Positions 28,260 through 38,966 of a stretch of 64,000 nucleotides of DNA are shown one piece after another. The notes beneath the pieces were generated by a model. The model was not told the DNA's origin. It saw only the letters and a list, made by a program, of their open reading frames with translations, and did not search any database. The position numbers and the translations under genes are program-made. How positions within the stretch are numbered: the stretch's first letter is position 1; each line of letters begins with the position of its first letter. The stretch comes from Treponemataceae bacterium (GTDB lineage: Bacteria > Spirochaetota > Spirochaetia > Treponematales > Rectinemataceae), in NCBI GenBank assembly GCA_963667725.2, contig CAXXHO010000003.1, positions 1,536,001-1,600,000 on the forward strand, given 5' to 3'.

Positions 28260-29681
28260 TTACGCGTAGCCCGCCAGAACCCCGATCATGAGAAGGCCCA
28301 TGGTGAGGATGAGAACGGCCGCCTGCAGGAGCCAGGTTTTTTTGAACCATTCGGGCCAGGAAAGCCCCGCCACGCCCAGTGCTATGAGGAGCACGGCATT
28401 GGTGGGGTAAATCATGTTGGAGAATCCGTCGCCGAAGGCGAAAGCCTGCACCGCCAGCTGGCGGGAGACGCCCGCAAGGTCGGCCAGGGGAGCGAGAAGG
28501 GGCATTAGCAGAAAAGCCTTGGCGGTGGCCGATCCGATGAAAAAATTCATTCCAAGGGTGAAAACATAGATGAGAGCCGCGGCTCCATAGCCGCTCGATT
28601 CCCCAATGACGGAGGAAGCCCCGTGGAGGATGGAATCCATGATTCCTCCGGAGACGATGATATGCTTGACCGCCATCGCCATGAGGATGAGGACGACGCC
28701 CGGGAGGATTCCGGCCACGCCCGATCCGAAAGCCTTGAGGCAATCCCGGAAGGAAAGACCGGCGACGAGGCCGGAGCCGAGGCCGGCGAGCAGGAATATG
28801 AGGGCGATGATGGGCATGGAATAGTCGGCGAAGGTTCTCGTCAGCGAGATCGTCATGATGACGGCGATGAGGATGAGGATGGAAAGGCCGAAAAATCTGG
28901 CGCCGCGGCCAGGCTTTAGTCCGGCCATCGCCTCCGGCACGACATCGACTGGGAGGCCAGCGGCGGCGGCGCCGGGTTTTCCGGATTCGCACTTTTTCGC
29001 CATGGCCGCGAGCCAAAGATAAAAGAGGGCGTAGACGCAGATGAAGACGATTATCCTGAATCCCGAACCAGAAAACATGGGCAGCCCGGCGAGGCGCTGG
29101 GCCGTGCCGATAGTGAAAGGATTCGCGATGGCCGCCGCGAAGCCGAATCCCGTCGCGAGAATGCTCATTCCCAGTCCTACGTAGATGTCCCAGCCCAGGG
29201 AAAGGGAGAGGGCTATCGCCACGGGCACGAGGGGTACCGTTTCCTCGAAGATGCCGAGGAGCGATCCGATCCCCATGAAAAAGAACACGACAATGGCGAG
29301 AAGGAGGTAGCGGCGCGCGGAAAACCTTCTGGCGATGAGAGTCACGGCCTCCTTGAGCACCGATGCCTTGTCCAGGACCGCGAAGGCGCCACCCACGATC
29401 ATGATGAACAGTATTATGACGATTGCCTGGAGACCGTCGCTGGAAGCGAGCACTTCGAGGGGGGCGGTAAACCAGCGCCAGACCGGATAGGCGGGCTTTT
29501 CCGTCATGATGTAGGTATCGGGCACCACCTGGAGGCCATATTCGCCCATGACGCGCTCATATCGGCCGGAAGGCAGGACGGCGGACAGGATGCCCGCTCC
29601 CAGCATCAGGGCGAGCAGCACGAGAAAGCTCGTGAGAAAGGCTTTTTTGGAAATGCGGAGCCCCGACTGTCGCTGAGCCAT
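28260..29681 (-). CDS. YfcC/DcuC-family membrane transporter
   Basis: About 12 hydrophobic helices, NPFTIG, AFGDGFSN, PT. Confidence 0.85.
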   Translation of the reverse strand: MAQRQSGLRISKKAFLTSFLVLLALMLGAGILSAVLPSGRYERVMGEYGLQVVPDTYIMTEKPAYPVWRWFTAPLEVLASSDGLQAIVIILFIMIVGGAFAVLDKASVLKEAVTLIARRFSARRYLLLAIVVFFFMGIGSLLGIFEETVPLVPVAIALSLSLGWDIYVGLGMSILATGFGFAAAIANPFTIGTAQRLAGLPMFSGSGFRIIVFICVYALFYLWLAAMAKKCESGKPGAAAAGLPVDVVPEAMAGLKPGRGARFFGLSILILIAVIMTISLTRTFADYSMPIIALIFLLAGLGSGLVAGLSFRDCLKAFGSGVAGILPGVVLILMAMAVKHIIVSGGIMDSILHGASSVIGESSGYGAAALIYVFTLGMNFFIGSATAKAFLLMPLLAPLADLAGVSRQLAVQAFAFGDGFSNMIYPTNAVLLIALGVAGLSWPEWFKKTWLLQAAVLILTMGLLMIGVLAGYA

Positions 29682-29783
29682 CGTCTTCCTCCATAAGGGC
29701 GGTAAAAAGCCGGCAGGTTATGCCGCATAATGTTGACCTTGCCGTCATACTACTTCATACTTTTGTCGAAAGGAAGATTTTGA

Positions 29784-31142
29784 ATGAATGACAATGCTAT
29801 ATCGGCGGCAATTTATCCCGATTTGCCCTCCAAACTATCGCGCCTCGTCAGCTTTCCCACGGTTTCGTCCTACAACCCAGGCGATGAGGACGACGCGGCC
29901 TTTCTGGCGCTGAAAGGCGAGCTTCCCCTTCTCTATCCACGGGTACACGCGATGCTGGAGAGGGAAGAACCTTCCGACAGAGCCCTTCTCTACACCTGGA
30001 AGGGAAAAAACCCCGCCCTCGCGCCGGCGCTGTTCTGCGCCCATTTCGATGTCGTGCCCGTTCCCGACTCAACTGGCTGGAAGCACGATCCCTTCGCGGG
30101 GGACATTATTGAAGGCGAACTCTGGGGCCGCGGCACCCAGGATATCAAGGTGCTCATGGCTTCCATTCTGGAGGCCGCCGAAAAGCTCCTGGAGCGCGGC
30201 TTCGAGCCTGAACGGACAATCTATTTCGCCTTTGGCGGCGACGAGGAGGTAGGCGGCCATAGGGGCGCCGCGGCCATCGCCGACCTTTTTGCCGCCAGGG
30301 GGATCAAGGCTTCTTTTCTCGTGGACGAAGGAGGCCCCATCTCGGTAGGCATGCTTTCCTTTGCCGCGCGCCCCCTTGCCCTCATCGGCGTGGCGGAGAA
30401 AGGCTATGCCGATCTTTGCGTGCGCGTGAAAGGTTCGGGAGGCCATGCCTCCATGCCGCCGCGGCACACAGCCCCCGGCGATCTCGCCAGGGCAATCGCC
30501 GCGATCGAGGCGCGGCCCTTCCCAACGAAACTCACGCGCACGGTGCGCTCATTTTTCTCTCGCCTCGCGCCTGAATCGAAACTGCCTTACCGTTTCCTCT
30601 TCAGCCAGCTCTGGCTTACTGCCCCGGTTCTCATGAGGGCATTCGCATCCGGACCGACCACGAACGCCCTGATCCGCACGACAGTGGCCTGCACCATGCT
30701 CAAGGGCAGCCCGAAGGAGAATGTCCTCGCGGACAATGCGGAGGCTACGCTGAACGTGCGCATTCTTCCCGGCGAAACTTCAGAAGAAGTCATAGCGAAG
30801 CTGAACCGCATTGTGGCGCCCTTTGGCGCTACGGTATCCCCCAAATATAAGGATCATGTCATCGAGCCTTCCAGCGAATCCGGAACGGACCATGAGGGAT
30901 GGAAGGCCATCGAGTCGGCATTGAGGACATCCCATCCCCAGGCGGGTTGCCTGCCCTTCCTCTTCAGCGCCGCCACCGATACGAAGCATTATAAGAATGT
31001 CGTCGGCGCGATCTACAGATTCACGCCCCTGATCCAGTCTCAGGAAGATCTTAAGGGGGTTCATGGCGACAACGAGCGGGTAAAGCTGAGCGATCTCGAT
31101 CGTTGCGCGCTTTTCTACGGCACGATGATGGCATCTCTCTAG
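29784..31142 (+). CDS. M20 family metallopeptidase
   Basis: AHFDVVP, WGRGTQDIK, GDEE, DEGG, GGHAS, ATD, HGDNE. Confidence 0.92.
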   Translation: MNDNAISAAIYPDLPSKLSRLVSFPTVSSYNPGDEDDAAFLALKGELPLLYPRVHAMLEREEPSDRALLYTWKGKNPALAPALFCAHFDVVPVPDSTGWKHDPFAGDIIEGELWGRGTQDIKVLMASILEAAEKLLERGFEPERTIYFAFGGDEEVGGHRGAAAIADLFAARGIKASFLVDEGGPISVGMLSFAARPLALIGVAEKGYADLCVRVKGSGGHASMPPRHTAPGDLARAIAAIEARPFPTKLTRTVRSFFSRLAPESKLPYRFLFSQLWLTAPVLMRAFASGPTTNALIRTTVACTMLKGSPKENVLADNAEATLNVRILPGETSEEVIAKLNRIVAPFGATVSPKYKDHVIEPSSESGTDHEGWKAIESALRTSHPQAGCLPFLFSAATDTKHYKNVVGAIYRFTPLIQSQEDLKGVHGDNERVKLSDLDRCALFYGTMMASL

Positions 31143-31259
31143 ACTGAAAATCGCATCGAATAAAGGAAGCGGGCATTCCGAAAACGGGCATTTCGGAAGC
31201 GCGCTTCCGATTTCTTATTTTTTCTTGCCTCGGATCATCTCCTGTATTAAGTTTTTGTA

Positions 31260-31817
31260 ATGAAAATCAAATTTTTATCGATTATGATCGCTTTCGCGAT
31301 GATCGGTTCCGCTGTTTACGCGGTGGATATAAACGGTTCGATAGCCCAGGGCGAGTACGCGAGGGAAACCTCGTTCGACAACGGAAATTTCAGACTCCAC
31401 TGGAAAATAGAGGGTGACGCGATATTCATGGCCATCGACGCGAAGGCAGCCGGATGGGTCTCTATAGGATTCGAGCCGACCAATATCATGGCGAATGCCG
31501 ATATGGTTTTCGGCATCGTGGACAAGTCGGGCATGTTGCAGCCGATAGATGCCTGGTCCACCGGTATGTTCGGACCGCATCCGCCTGACGTGAATCAGGG
31601 GGGCAAGGACAGCATTCTCGCCTCCGCGGCCGGAAGAACCCAGGATCGAGTCGTATTCGAATTCTCCCGAAAATTGAATACCGGCGACAAATTGGACAAG
31701 GTCATCCCCGCCAAAGGCTCTTTCAAGGTGATCTGGGCCTACAGCTCCAGTCTGCAGTTCACCGCGAAACACAGCAAGGCCGGCAAGGCCACGCTCGAGA
31801 TGGACGGCTCCGAATGA
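31260..31817 (+). CDS. Exported DOMON-domain protein, putatively heme binding
   Basis: Signal peptide; LHWKI, GWVSIGF, MANADMVFG, FEFSRKLNTGD, VIWAY, C-terminal KH. Confidence 0.85.
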   Translation: MKIKFLSIMIAFAMIGSAVYAVDINGSIAQGEYARETSFDNGNFRLHWKIEGDAIFMAIDAKAAGWVSIGFEPTNIMANADMVFGIVDKSGMLQPIDAWSTGMFGPHPPDVNQGGKDSILASAAGRTQDRVVFEFSRKLNTGDKLDKVIPAKGSFKVIWAYSSSLQFTAKHSKAGKATLEMDGSE

Positions 31818-32218
31818 GCCTCCTCCCCTTTCACCTGGGGCTCATGGCGACGGCAACCGCCGCCATGCTGGCAGCCATCATCGTCGCGAGGTTTTTCAGA
31901 AAGAAGAAGTGGTGGCTCAGGGCACATAAATCGCTCAACCTTGCCGCCGTCGGTCTGGCATTCTTGGGGTTTGTTCTCGCGTTTATTATGGTGCAGTCCT
32001 CGGGCGGCCCGCACTTCAGGGTAAGCCACGCGATTTTCGGCGGAGTCGCACTCCTCTTCATGATCGCGATGCCGAGTCTGGGATTGATGATATTCAAATC
32101 GAAAGACAAGAAAAAAACAGCCCGGCTCAGAATCGCGCATCGCTGGCTAGGAAGGTTGGCCGCCATCCTCTGCTGCTTTGCCGTCGTCGCCGGGCTAGTC
32201 CTTATCGGTGTCCTTTAA
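31814..32218 (+). CDS. Cytochrome b561-like four-helix membrane protein
   Basis: Four TM helices, each with a His: FHLGLM, WWLRAHK, SHAIFG, AHRWLGR; ATGA overlap with the DOMON gene. Confidence 0.8.
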   Translation: MSLLPFHLGLMATATAAMLAAIIVARFFRKKKWWLRAHKSLNLAAVGLAFLGFVLAFIMVQSSGGPHFRVSHAIFGGVALLFMIAMPSLGLMIFKSKDKKKTARLRIAHRWLGRLAAILCCFAVVAGLVLIGVL

Positions 32219-32943
32219 GGCTTTTTTTTCACGTTGCCCGATTTTGATCCCAGATAAGCCGCCCGCACGGCGGGGTCGCTCGCAATTTCCCTGGACGGGC
32301 CCGATTTCACGATGCGTCCCTGCTCGAGCACATAGGCCCTATCGGCCACCGTGAGCGCCTTGAAGGCGTTCTGTTCCACGAGCAGTATTGTCTTTCCCAT
32401 GTCGCGGATCTTGACTATGATTTCGAATACTGTCTGGACAAGCAGGGGCGCCAGCCCGAGCGAGGGTTCATCCATGAGCACGAGCTCGCCGTTGGTCATG
32501 AGCGCCCTGCCCATCGCGAGCATCTGCTGCTCCCCGCCCGACAGGGTACCGGCGACCTGATTTTCCCTCTCCTTGAGGCGAGGGAAAATGGAAAAAACCT
32601 TGTCCATATCCTCGCGGACGACCTTCTTGTCATTCCGCAGATAGGCGCCCAGAAGAAGATTGTCGGTGACGGTCAGATTGGCGAAAATCAGCCTTCCCTC
32701 CGGGACATGACAGATGCCCGACTTGACGACCAGATCGGGCCGTCTTGCCAGCTTGGCGTCTTTATAGAGAACCTCTCCCTGCGAAGGTTTGAGGAATCCA
32801 GAAATGGTGTTGAGGAGGGTGGATTTCCCGGCGCCGTTCGCGCCTATGATCGTGACGATCTCGCCCTGCTTTACTTCGAGTGATACACCTTTCAACGCCC
32901 TGATGCCACCGTAGGATACGTGGAGGTCGATAACTTTCAGCAT
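32215..32943 (-). CDS. livF: Branched-chain amino acid ABC ATPase
   Basis: GANGAGKS, VPEGR, LSGGEQQMLA, MDEPSLGLAP. Confidence 0.95.
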   Translation of the reverse strand: MLKVIDLHVSYGGIRALKGVSLEVKQGEIVTIIGANGAGKSTLLNTISGFLKPSQGEVLYKDAKLARRPDLVVKSGICHVPEGRLIFANLTVTDNLLLGAYLRNDKKVVREDMDKVFSIFPRLKERENQVAGTLSGGEQQMLAMGRALMTNGELVLMDEPSLGLAPLLVQTVFEIIVKIRDMGKTILLVEQNAFKALTVADRAYVLEQGRIVKSGPSREIASDPAVRAAYLGSKSGNVKKKP

Positions 32944-32945
32944 GG

Positions 32946-33719
32946 TCAGGCCTCCTCTGTGGTGCCGAGATAGGCTTCGATCACCTTGGGGTTGTTCGCG
33001 ACCTCGTCGGCCCCGCCTTCCGCGAGCTTCAAACCGAAATTGAGCACGACAATGTGTTCGCATACTCCCATGATGAGGTCCATATGATGTTCGATGACGA
33101 GGACCGAAAGCTTGAACTCATCCCGAATCCTCACGATGAGCTTCATGAGATGCTCGGTCTCGTCCGGGTTCATGCCGGCGGCTGGCTCGTCGAGCAGCAG
33201 TAGTTCTGGATCCAGGGCCAAGGCTCTGACGATTTCCAGCCTCCGCTGCATCCCGTAGGGGAGATTGTTGGCGACGAGATCCCTTCTGTCCGTGAGGCCC
33301 ATGATTTCGAGAAGCTTTTCGGCCTTCGCCACGAGTTCCTTCTCTTCCTTCCTGAAACGCGGAAGGCGGAAAATCGACTCGGCGATATTGTAGGTAGCGC
33401 TCAGGTGACATGCGGTCAGCACGTTCTCGAAAACGGTCAAATTCTTGAACAGCCTGATGTTCTGAAATGTTCTCGTGATGCCGAGATCGGCGATCTTGTA
33501 GGGGGGAAGCCCGACGACGCTCTGGCCCTTGAATTTCACGGCGCCCTCGGTGAGGGAATAGACGCCGGTAATCAGGTTGAAAATGGTGGTCTTACCGGCG
33601 CCGTTCGGACCTATGAGCCCCACGATCCCCCCCTCGGGAACCGAAAAGGACACATCGTTGACGGCGGCAAGTCCCCCAAAGCGTTTTGTGAGATGGGAGA
33701 TTTCAAGTATGTCAGCCAT
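32946..33719 (-). CDS. livG: Branched-chain amino acid ABC ATPase
   Basis: [32 protein letters not shown]. Confidence 0.95.
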   Translation of the reverse strand: MADILEISHLTKRFGGLAAVNDVSFSVPEGGIVGLIGPNGAGKTTIFNLITGVYSLTEGAVKFKGQSVVGLPPYKIADLGITRTFQNIRLFKNLTVFENVLTACHLSATYNIAESIFRLPRFRKEEKELVAKAEKLLEIMGLTDRRDLVANNLPYGMQRRLEIVRALALDPELLLLDEPAAGMNPDETEHLMKLIVRIRDEFKLSVLVIEHHMDLIMGVCEHIVVLNFGLKLAEGGADEVANNPKVIEAYLGTTEEA

Positions 33720-34647
33720 TGCTGCCCTCCCCGTCCTGGCCGCTTTTCATTTCCTTCAGGGCTTCGAGCCGCGCCTTCCGTTCCATCCTCGCTTTCCGGA
33801 TTCCCGCGGGCGTCAGTTCCATGCCGCCCATGAGCCCCTTGGGACGGGAAATCATGATGAGTATGACCGCGGCTCCATAGAACACGAGTCGCCAGATCTC
33901 GAAAGCGCGCAGGATTTCGGGCAGGGCCGTAAGCAGAAGGGCGCCCAACACGGAACCGGAGATCGAACCAAGGCCTCCAAAGATGACGATGATGGTGAGT
34001 TCTGTGGATTTCGTCATCGAGAACATCTTCGGCTGGAGGAAGGTCATGTAGTGGGCGAAGAAAACGCCCGCCACGCCAGCATAGACGGCGCTTACGATGA
34101 GCGCGATCATTTTATACCTGAATACGTTGATGCCCGATATCTGGGCCGCCAGCTCTTCCTCGCGGACCGCTATCATGTTGCGGCCATGCCTGGACTTCAC
34201 GAGGTTGGCGAGGAAAATGACGGCCAACACGTCGACAAGGATTATGGCAGGCAACGTCGACTTATAGGGAATGCCGGGCCAGCCGCGGGCGCCGCCGAAT
34301 ACCTGCACGTTGTTGAGCACGAGCCTCGTGGCTTCCCCGAAACCGAGCGTCGCGATGCAGAAATAGTCGCCCTTCAGGTTGAGGGTTATGCGACCCAGGA
34401 AGTAACTGACTATGCCGGCGGCGGCTCCTCCGGCGATGACGCCGACGAAGAAAGGAAGCCCCAGGCCCGCGGGAGTCGTCGTCGGCGAAACGGTCATGAG
34501 AGCGCCGATGAAGGCGCCTATCGCCATGAATCCCGCGTGGCCGAACGAGAACAGCCCAGTGAAACCGGTGAGCAGGCTCAAGCCGAGAACGGCGATGAGG
34601 TTGATCCCGGCGAGCATCAGGATGCCCTGGATATATGTCCAATCCAT
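33712..34647 (-). CDS. livM: Branched-chain amino acid ABC permease
   Basis: [28 protein letters not shown]. Confidence 0.93.
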   Translation of the reverse strand: MDWTYIQGILMLAGINLIAVLGLSLLTGFTGLFSFGHAGFMAIGAFIGALMTVSPTTTPAGLGLPFFVGVIAGGAAAGIVSYFLGRITLNLKGDYFCIATLGFGEATRLVLNNVQVFGGARGWPGIPYKSTLPAIILVDVLAVIFLANLVKSRHGRNMIAVREEELAAQISGINVFRYKMIALIVSAVYAGVAGVFFAHYMTFLQPKMFSMTKSTELTIIVIFGGLGSISGSVLGALLLTALPEILRAFEIWRLVFYGAAVILIMISRPKGLMGGMELTPAGIRKARMERKARLEALKEMKSGQDGEGSNG

Positions 34648-34664
34648 CTTATTTCCCCCGGGCC

Positions 34665-35543
34665 TCAGGCCTTGTCCACGGTGTTCTTACCCATGATGCC
34701 GGTCGGCCTGAATATGAGAACGCCTATAAGAATTACGAACGCGATGAGATCGCGGTATTGCGATGAGATATACCCCGCGACGAGGGTTTCGATGATGCCG
34801 AGGATCACGGAACCGATGACGGCTCCCGGCAGGCTCCCCAGTCCTCCGAATACGGCGGCCACGAAGGATTTTGTCGTGATATTCCCGATCTGAGGATACA
34901 CCGTGTACTTCATGCCGAAGAAGACGCCCGCGACCCCCGCGAGAAATCCGCCAAGGCCGAATACGATCAGGATGATCCTGTCCGTGTTTACGCCCATGAG
35001 GGCGCAGGCCTTTATATTATAGGCCGCGGCCTGGATGGCCTTGCCCATTTTCGTCTTTTCTATGAAGAGGATCAGTCCTCCGAGACAGATGGCGGAGATG
35101 AAGAACATTAGGAGATCCAGCCTGCCTATAGCCAATGGTCCGAGCTTTATGGGGATCCTTTCGATCACCTGCGGATAGGTCCTGAACGTGGGACCTATCG
35201 TCGCTATGACGATGTTCTCGAGGAGAATGGAAGCGCCCATCGCGGAAATGATGAAGTAGAGAAAGGGCGCGTTTCGTTCGCGCAATGGCTTGTAGGCTAC
35301 CCTCTCCACCAGTATCGCCAGCAGAGTGGTTCCTACGGTCGCGAGAAGGAAGGCCGCGATAAAGGGAAGTTTCAGCAGCGTGAGCGCGAAGAAACCGAAG
35401 TAAGCGCCCAGCATTATGACGCCGCCATGGGCGAAATTGGAAAAATTCATGATGGAGTAAACGAGGGAATAACCAACAGCCATCAAGGCGTACACGGAGC
35501 CGATCGAGAGCCCGTTTATCAACTGTTGAAGGAACTGAGTCAT
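34665..35543 (-). CDS. livH: Branched-chain amino acid ABC permease
   Basis: [27 protein letters not shown]. Confidence 0.93.
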   Translation of the reverse strand: MTQFLQQLINGLSIGSVYALMAVGYSLVYSIMNFSNFAHGGVIMLGAYFGFFALTLLKLPFIAAFLLATVGTTLLAILVERVAYKPLRERNAPFLYFIISAMGASILLENIVIATIGPTFRTYPQVIERIPIKLGPLAIGRLDLLMFFISAICLGGLILFIEKTKMGKAIQAAAYNIKACALMGVNTDRIILIVFGLGGFLAGVAGVFFGMKYTVYPQIGNITTKSFVAAVFGGLGSLPGAVIGSVILGIIETLVAGYISSQYRDLIAFVILIGVLIFRPTGIMGKNTVDKA

Positions 35544-35692
35544 GGCCTGTCCTCTTTCGGCGGGATGGGTGTCGGCGCGCTCGCTTGACCGGAAAGTCCA
35601 GCGGACGCGCCGCCCGATGAAAAAATCGGGCAGTCCCAAAGCGTCGGAGGCATTCCCCCGACGCTTCGTCGACTGCCCTTTAGCGGCCGCGC

Positions 35693-36847
35693 TTACTCAG
35701 CGGCGTACTTTTCCTGGAATACATACTGGCCATCGATGATCTTGAGGATGGCTGCGTCCTTGCCTTCGGGATTGTGGGTTTCCGGGCTGATATTGATTTT
35801 GCCCGTGATGCCCTGGACCTGGATGCCCTCAAGCGCCTTGGCCAAAGCCTCGCCGTTCACCTTGCCCGCTTTCTCGAGACCGGCGACCAGCAGAAGCACG
35901 GCGTCGTGGACGAGATAACCGTTGAGCTCGGTTTCCTTACCGTATTTGGCCAGGTAGCGCGCTTTATAGTCGGCGACTGACGGATCGGCGTAATCGAGAT
36001 GGTTGACGAAATAGGAACCCTCGACGGCTTTTCCGCCCATGGAGATAAGCTGCTCCGAAGGCCATCCGTCTCCGCCCATCATCACCTGCGTCATGCCAAG
36101 CTCTCTGGCCTGGTTGGCGGAGAGCGCCACTTCCTTGAAGAAGTAGGGCATGAAGATGATGTCGGGATTCGCTGCCTTGATCTTGGAGAGCTGGGGCCTG
36201 AAATCCACGTCGCCGGCGTTGAACGATTCATCGGCCACAATGGTGCCGCCCTTCTTCTCGAAATTCATCTTGAAGAACTCGCGCAAGCCCTGGGAATAGT
36301 CGTCGGACACATCGTAGAGGATGGCCGCTTTCTTGGCGCCCAGTCTGTCGAAGGCATAGCCCGCCGCAACGGCGCCCTGGTAGGGGTCGATGAAGCAGAC
36401 GCGGAAGTTGTAGGGTTTAACCTTTCCGTCAAGGACAGTGACCTTGGGATTGGTCGCTACGGTGGCGATATCGGGAACCTTGGCCTGCTCGAGGACAGGC
36501 GCTATGGGGATCGCGTTTCCGGAGGCGTTGGGACCGAGTATGGCGACGACTTTGTCCTGCCCCGTGAGTCTCTTTACGACATTTACTGCTTCCTGCGCAT
36601 CGCCTTTGTTATCGTAGCCGATGGCTTCGAGCTTGTATTTCTTGTTGCCGACCTGGATTCCGCCCGCGGCGTTATATTCCTCGAACAACATCTTTACGGT
36701 GTTGAACTCGTTTTCGCCCCATACAGCCTGGTCTCCGGTCAAAGCGCCGAACCAGCCCACCTTGATCGTGTCGCTTTTTCCGCTGCTGGCGCAGCCGGCA
36801 AAAGCCAGGGAGACGATGAGAACCAAAGCAAAAATCGCCCTCTTCAT
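35693..36847 (-). CDS. Branched-chain amino acid ABC substrate-binding lipoprotein (LivK/LivJ-like)
   Basis: Lipobox FAGC, LTG, FRVCFIDPYQG, DYSQGL, DF..QL, GGDGW. Confidence 0.92.
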   Translation of the reverse strand: MKRAIFALVLIVSLAFAGCASSGKSDTIKVGWFGALTGDQAVWGENEFNTVKMLFEEYNAAGGIQVGNKKYKLEAIGYDNKGDAQEAVNVVKRLTGQDKVVAILGPNASGNAIPIAPVLEQAKVPDIATVATNPKVTVLDGKVKPYNFRVCFIDPYQGAVAAGYAFDRLGAKKAAILYDVSDDYSQGLREFFKMNFEKKGGTIVADESFNAGDVDFRPQLSKIKAANPDIIFMPYFFKEVALSANQARELGMTQVMMGGDGWPSEQLISMGGKAVEGSYFVNHLDYADPSVADYKARYLAKYGKETELNGYLVHDAVLLLVAGLEKAGKVNGEALAKALEGIQVQGITGKINISPETHNPEGKDAAILKIIDGQYVFQEKYAAE

Positions 36848-36958
36848 AATTCCTCCTTGGAATTCAATGCAAACAGCCGACAGTATACTCCCGGAGAGGG
36901 AGATGAACAACCTTTTTTTTCGCCTTGAAAACGGACTTTGAGAAGGTTTTCCCCTTCA

Positions 36959-38794
36959 TCACTCGACGGTCACGCTTTTCGCGAGATTTCGCGGCTGATC
37001 GACGTCCCTCCCGAGTTCCAGCGCGCAGAAGTAGGCAAAAAGCTGGAGCGGCACGACCATGGAGAAGGGATAGAAGCGCGGATCGGCCTTGGGCACTGGT
37101 ATGAAATCGTCGACAAGGCTTCTCGTCTCCTCGTCGCCTTCCACGCCCACGGCGATGACGGGACCTCCCCGCGCCTTGATCTCCCTGATATTGGAGATCG
37201 TCTTTTCGCGAAGGTAGTCGTCCGACACGAGGAAGACGCTGGGAACCTCGGGCGTCACGAGGGCGATGGGGCCATGTTTCATCTCGCCGGCGCTGCAGCC
37301 CTCGGCGTGGATATAGCTGATTTCCTTGAGTTTGAGCGCGCCTTCCAGGGCGATGGGGTAAAGAATGCCGCGCCCGAGGAAGAGAAAGTCCTTCGCCTTG
37401 GAATATTTCCTGGCGATAGCCTGGATGTTGTCGCGCTGCTTCAGGACAGTCTCGACCATCTCGGGAACCTTCTGGAGGGAGACGAGGAATTTCGTCCCTT
37501 CCTCCCTGGACATGTCGCGCATCCTGGCCATGAGCAAGGTGAAGAGATAGAAAGCGGCCAGCTGGCTCGTGAAAGCCTTGGTCGAGGCCACGGCGATCTC
37601 GGGACCGGAATGAACGTAGATGCCGCCATCCGATTCCCTGGCGATCGTCGAGCCCACGACATTGCAGATTCCGAGGACCGATCCGCCTTTTCTCTGGATT
37701 TCGCGCATGGCGTAGAGGGAATCGGCGGTCTCTCCGGACTGGCTCACGGTGAACCAGAGACTGTCCTTTTCCACCACGGGATTCCTGTATCGCAGCTCGC
37801 TCGCCAGCTCCGCGCTGGCGGGAATGCGCGCCACGTGCTCGAGGAGATGGGAGCCGACCAGGCCGGCGTGCCAGCTCGTGCCCGCCGCGATAATTTTCAC
37901 TCTTCCTATTCCGGCGAATCTGCGTCTTTCCATATTGAGGCCGCCCAGCTTGGCCGTCGAATTTTCAGCGTCCAGGCGTCCGCTCAAGGCTCTCGCTATG
38001 GATTCGGGCTGCTCGAATATTTCCTTTTCCATATGGCAGGGATAGGCTCCCTTTTCGATGGAACCCAGCTCCCAGGTGATCTCGTCCACCTTTTTGTCTA
38101 CTTTGCGTTCTTCCTTGTCTATGATGGAGTAACTGTCTTTTCCGATATCGACGATTTCCCCGTCGTTGAGGTAGATGACCTTGTTGGTATAGGCCACCAT
38201 CGCGGTGATGTCGCTGGCGAGGAACATTTCGCCGGCGCCCACGCCCACCACGAGGGGGCTGCCGTTTCTCGCGCCCACGATGCGCCCCGGCTCGTCGGCG
38301 TGTATGACGGCGATGCCGTAGGTGCCCTGAAGGTTCTGGATAGCCGCCTTCACCGCCTCGAGGAGGTCGCCCTTGTAGTATTCGGCGATGAGATGGGGGA
38401 TGACTTCAGTATCGGTCTCGCTCGTAAAGACGCAGCCTTTTTTTTCTAGCATGGACTTCAGCGCGTGATGGTTTTCTATGATGCCGTTGTGGACGACGGC
38501 AATCTTGCCCGAATTGTCGGTGTGGGGATGGGCGTTGGCTACGGTGACGCCGCCATGCGTCGCCCATCGGGTATGGCCTATGCCCCATGTCCCATCCATG
38601 TCGGGAGGAATTGCCGCCTTGAGCGCGGCGATCTTCCCCACCGACTTCACGATGCCCAAAGGATGGTCGGCATAAGCCCTCCCCCCGACGGCGATGCCGG
38701 CGGAGTCGTAGCCTCTGTATTCCAGCCGCCTGAGTCCTTCGAGAAGTATGGATGATGTTTTCCTGGGTCCTGAATAGCCGATTATGCCGCACAT
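36959..38794 (-). CDS. glmS: Glutamine--fructose-6-phosphate aminotransferase
   Basis: MCGI, LEYRGYDSAG, GHTRWATHG, SQSGET, VASTKAF, PRNLAKSVTVE. Confidence 0.98.
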   Translation of the reverse strand: MCGIIGYSGPRKTSSILLEGLRRLEYRGYDSAGIAVGGRAYADHPLGIVKSVGKIAALKAAIPPDMDGTWGIGHTRWATHGGVTVANAHPHTDNSGKIAVVHNGIIENHHALKSMLEKKGCVFTSETDTEVIPHLIAEYYKGDLLEAVKAAIQNLQGTYGIAVIHADEPGRIVGARNGSPLVVGVGAGEMFLASDITAMVAYTNKVIYLNDGEIVDIGKDSYSIIDKEERKVDKKVDEITWELGSIEKGAYPCHMEKEIFEQPESIARALSGRLDAENSTAKLGGLNMERRRFAGIGRVKIIAAGTSWHAGLVGSHLLEHVARIPASAELASELRYRNPVVEKDSLWFTVSQSGETADSLYAMREIQRKGGSVLGICNVVGSTIARESDGGIYVHSGPEIAVASTKAFTSQLAAFYLFTLLMARMRDMSREEGTKFLVSLQKVPEMVETVLKQRDNIQAIARKYSKAKDFLFLGRGILYPIALEGALKLKEISYIHAEGCSAGEMKHGPIALVTPEVPSVFLVSDDYLREKTISNIREIKARGGPVIAVGVEGDEETRSLVDDFIPVPKADPRFYPFSMVVPLQLFAYFCALELGRDVDQPRNLAKSVTVE

Positions 38795-38966
38795 GAACAG
38801 CTCCTTCCGGTCGCGATAGTAGTATGATAGTCGATTATTGCTTTGTGGTTCGGTAAAAAGGAAACCGTAACCAAATTTGTTTCATAATACTGAATCCCGG
38901 CCAAATTACCAGCCATGCTACCGTCCGAAGATTGAAAAAACGCCAAAAAGCTTCTATCGTATCCCA

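Noticed and set aside
35544..35692. Multi-hairpin region as an ncRNA or riboswitch
   Set aside because: Its position between the binding-protein and permease genes is typical of mRNA-stabilising or attenuating hairpins; no family motif recognised.
38795..38966. glmS ribozyme upstream of glmS
   Set aside because: The intergenic region is short, shared with the birA promoter, and shows no recognisable ribozyme core.
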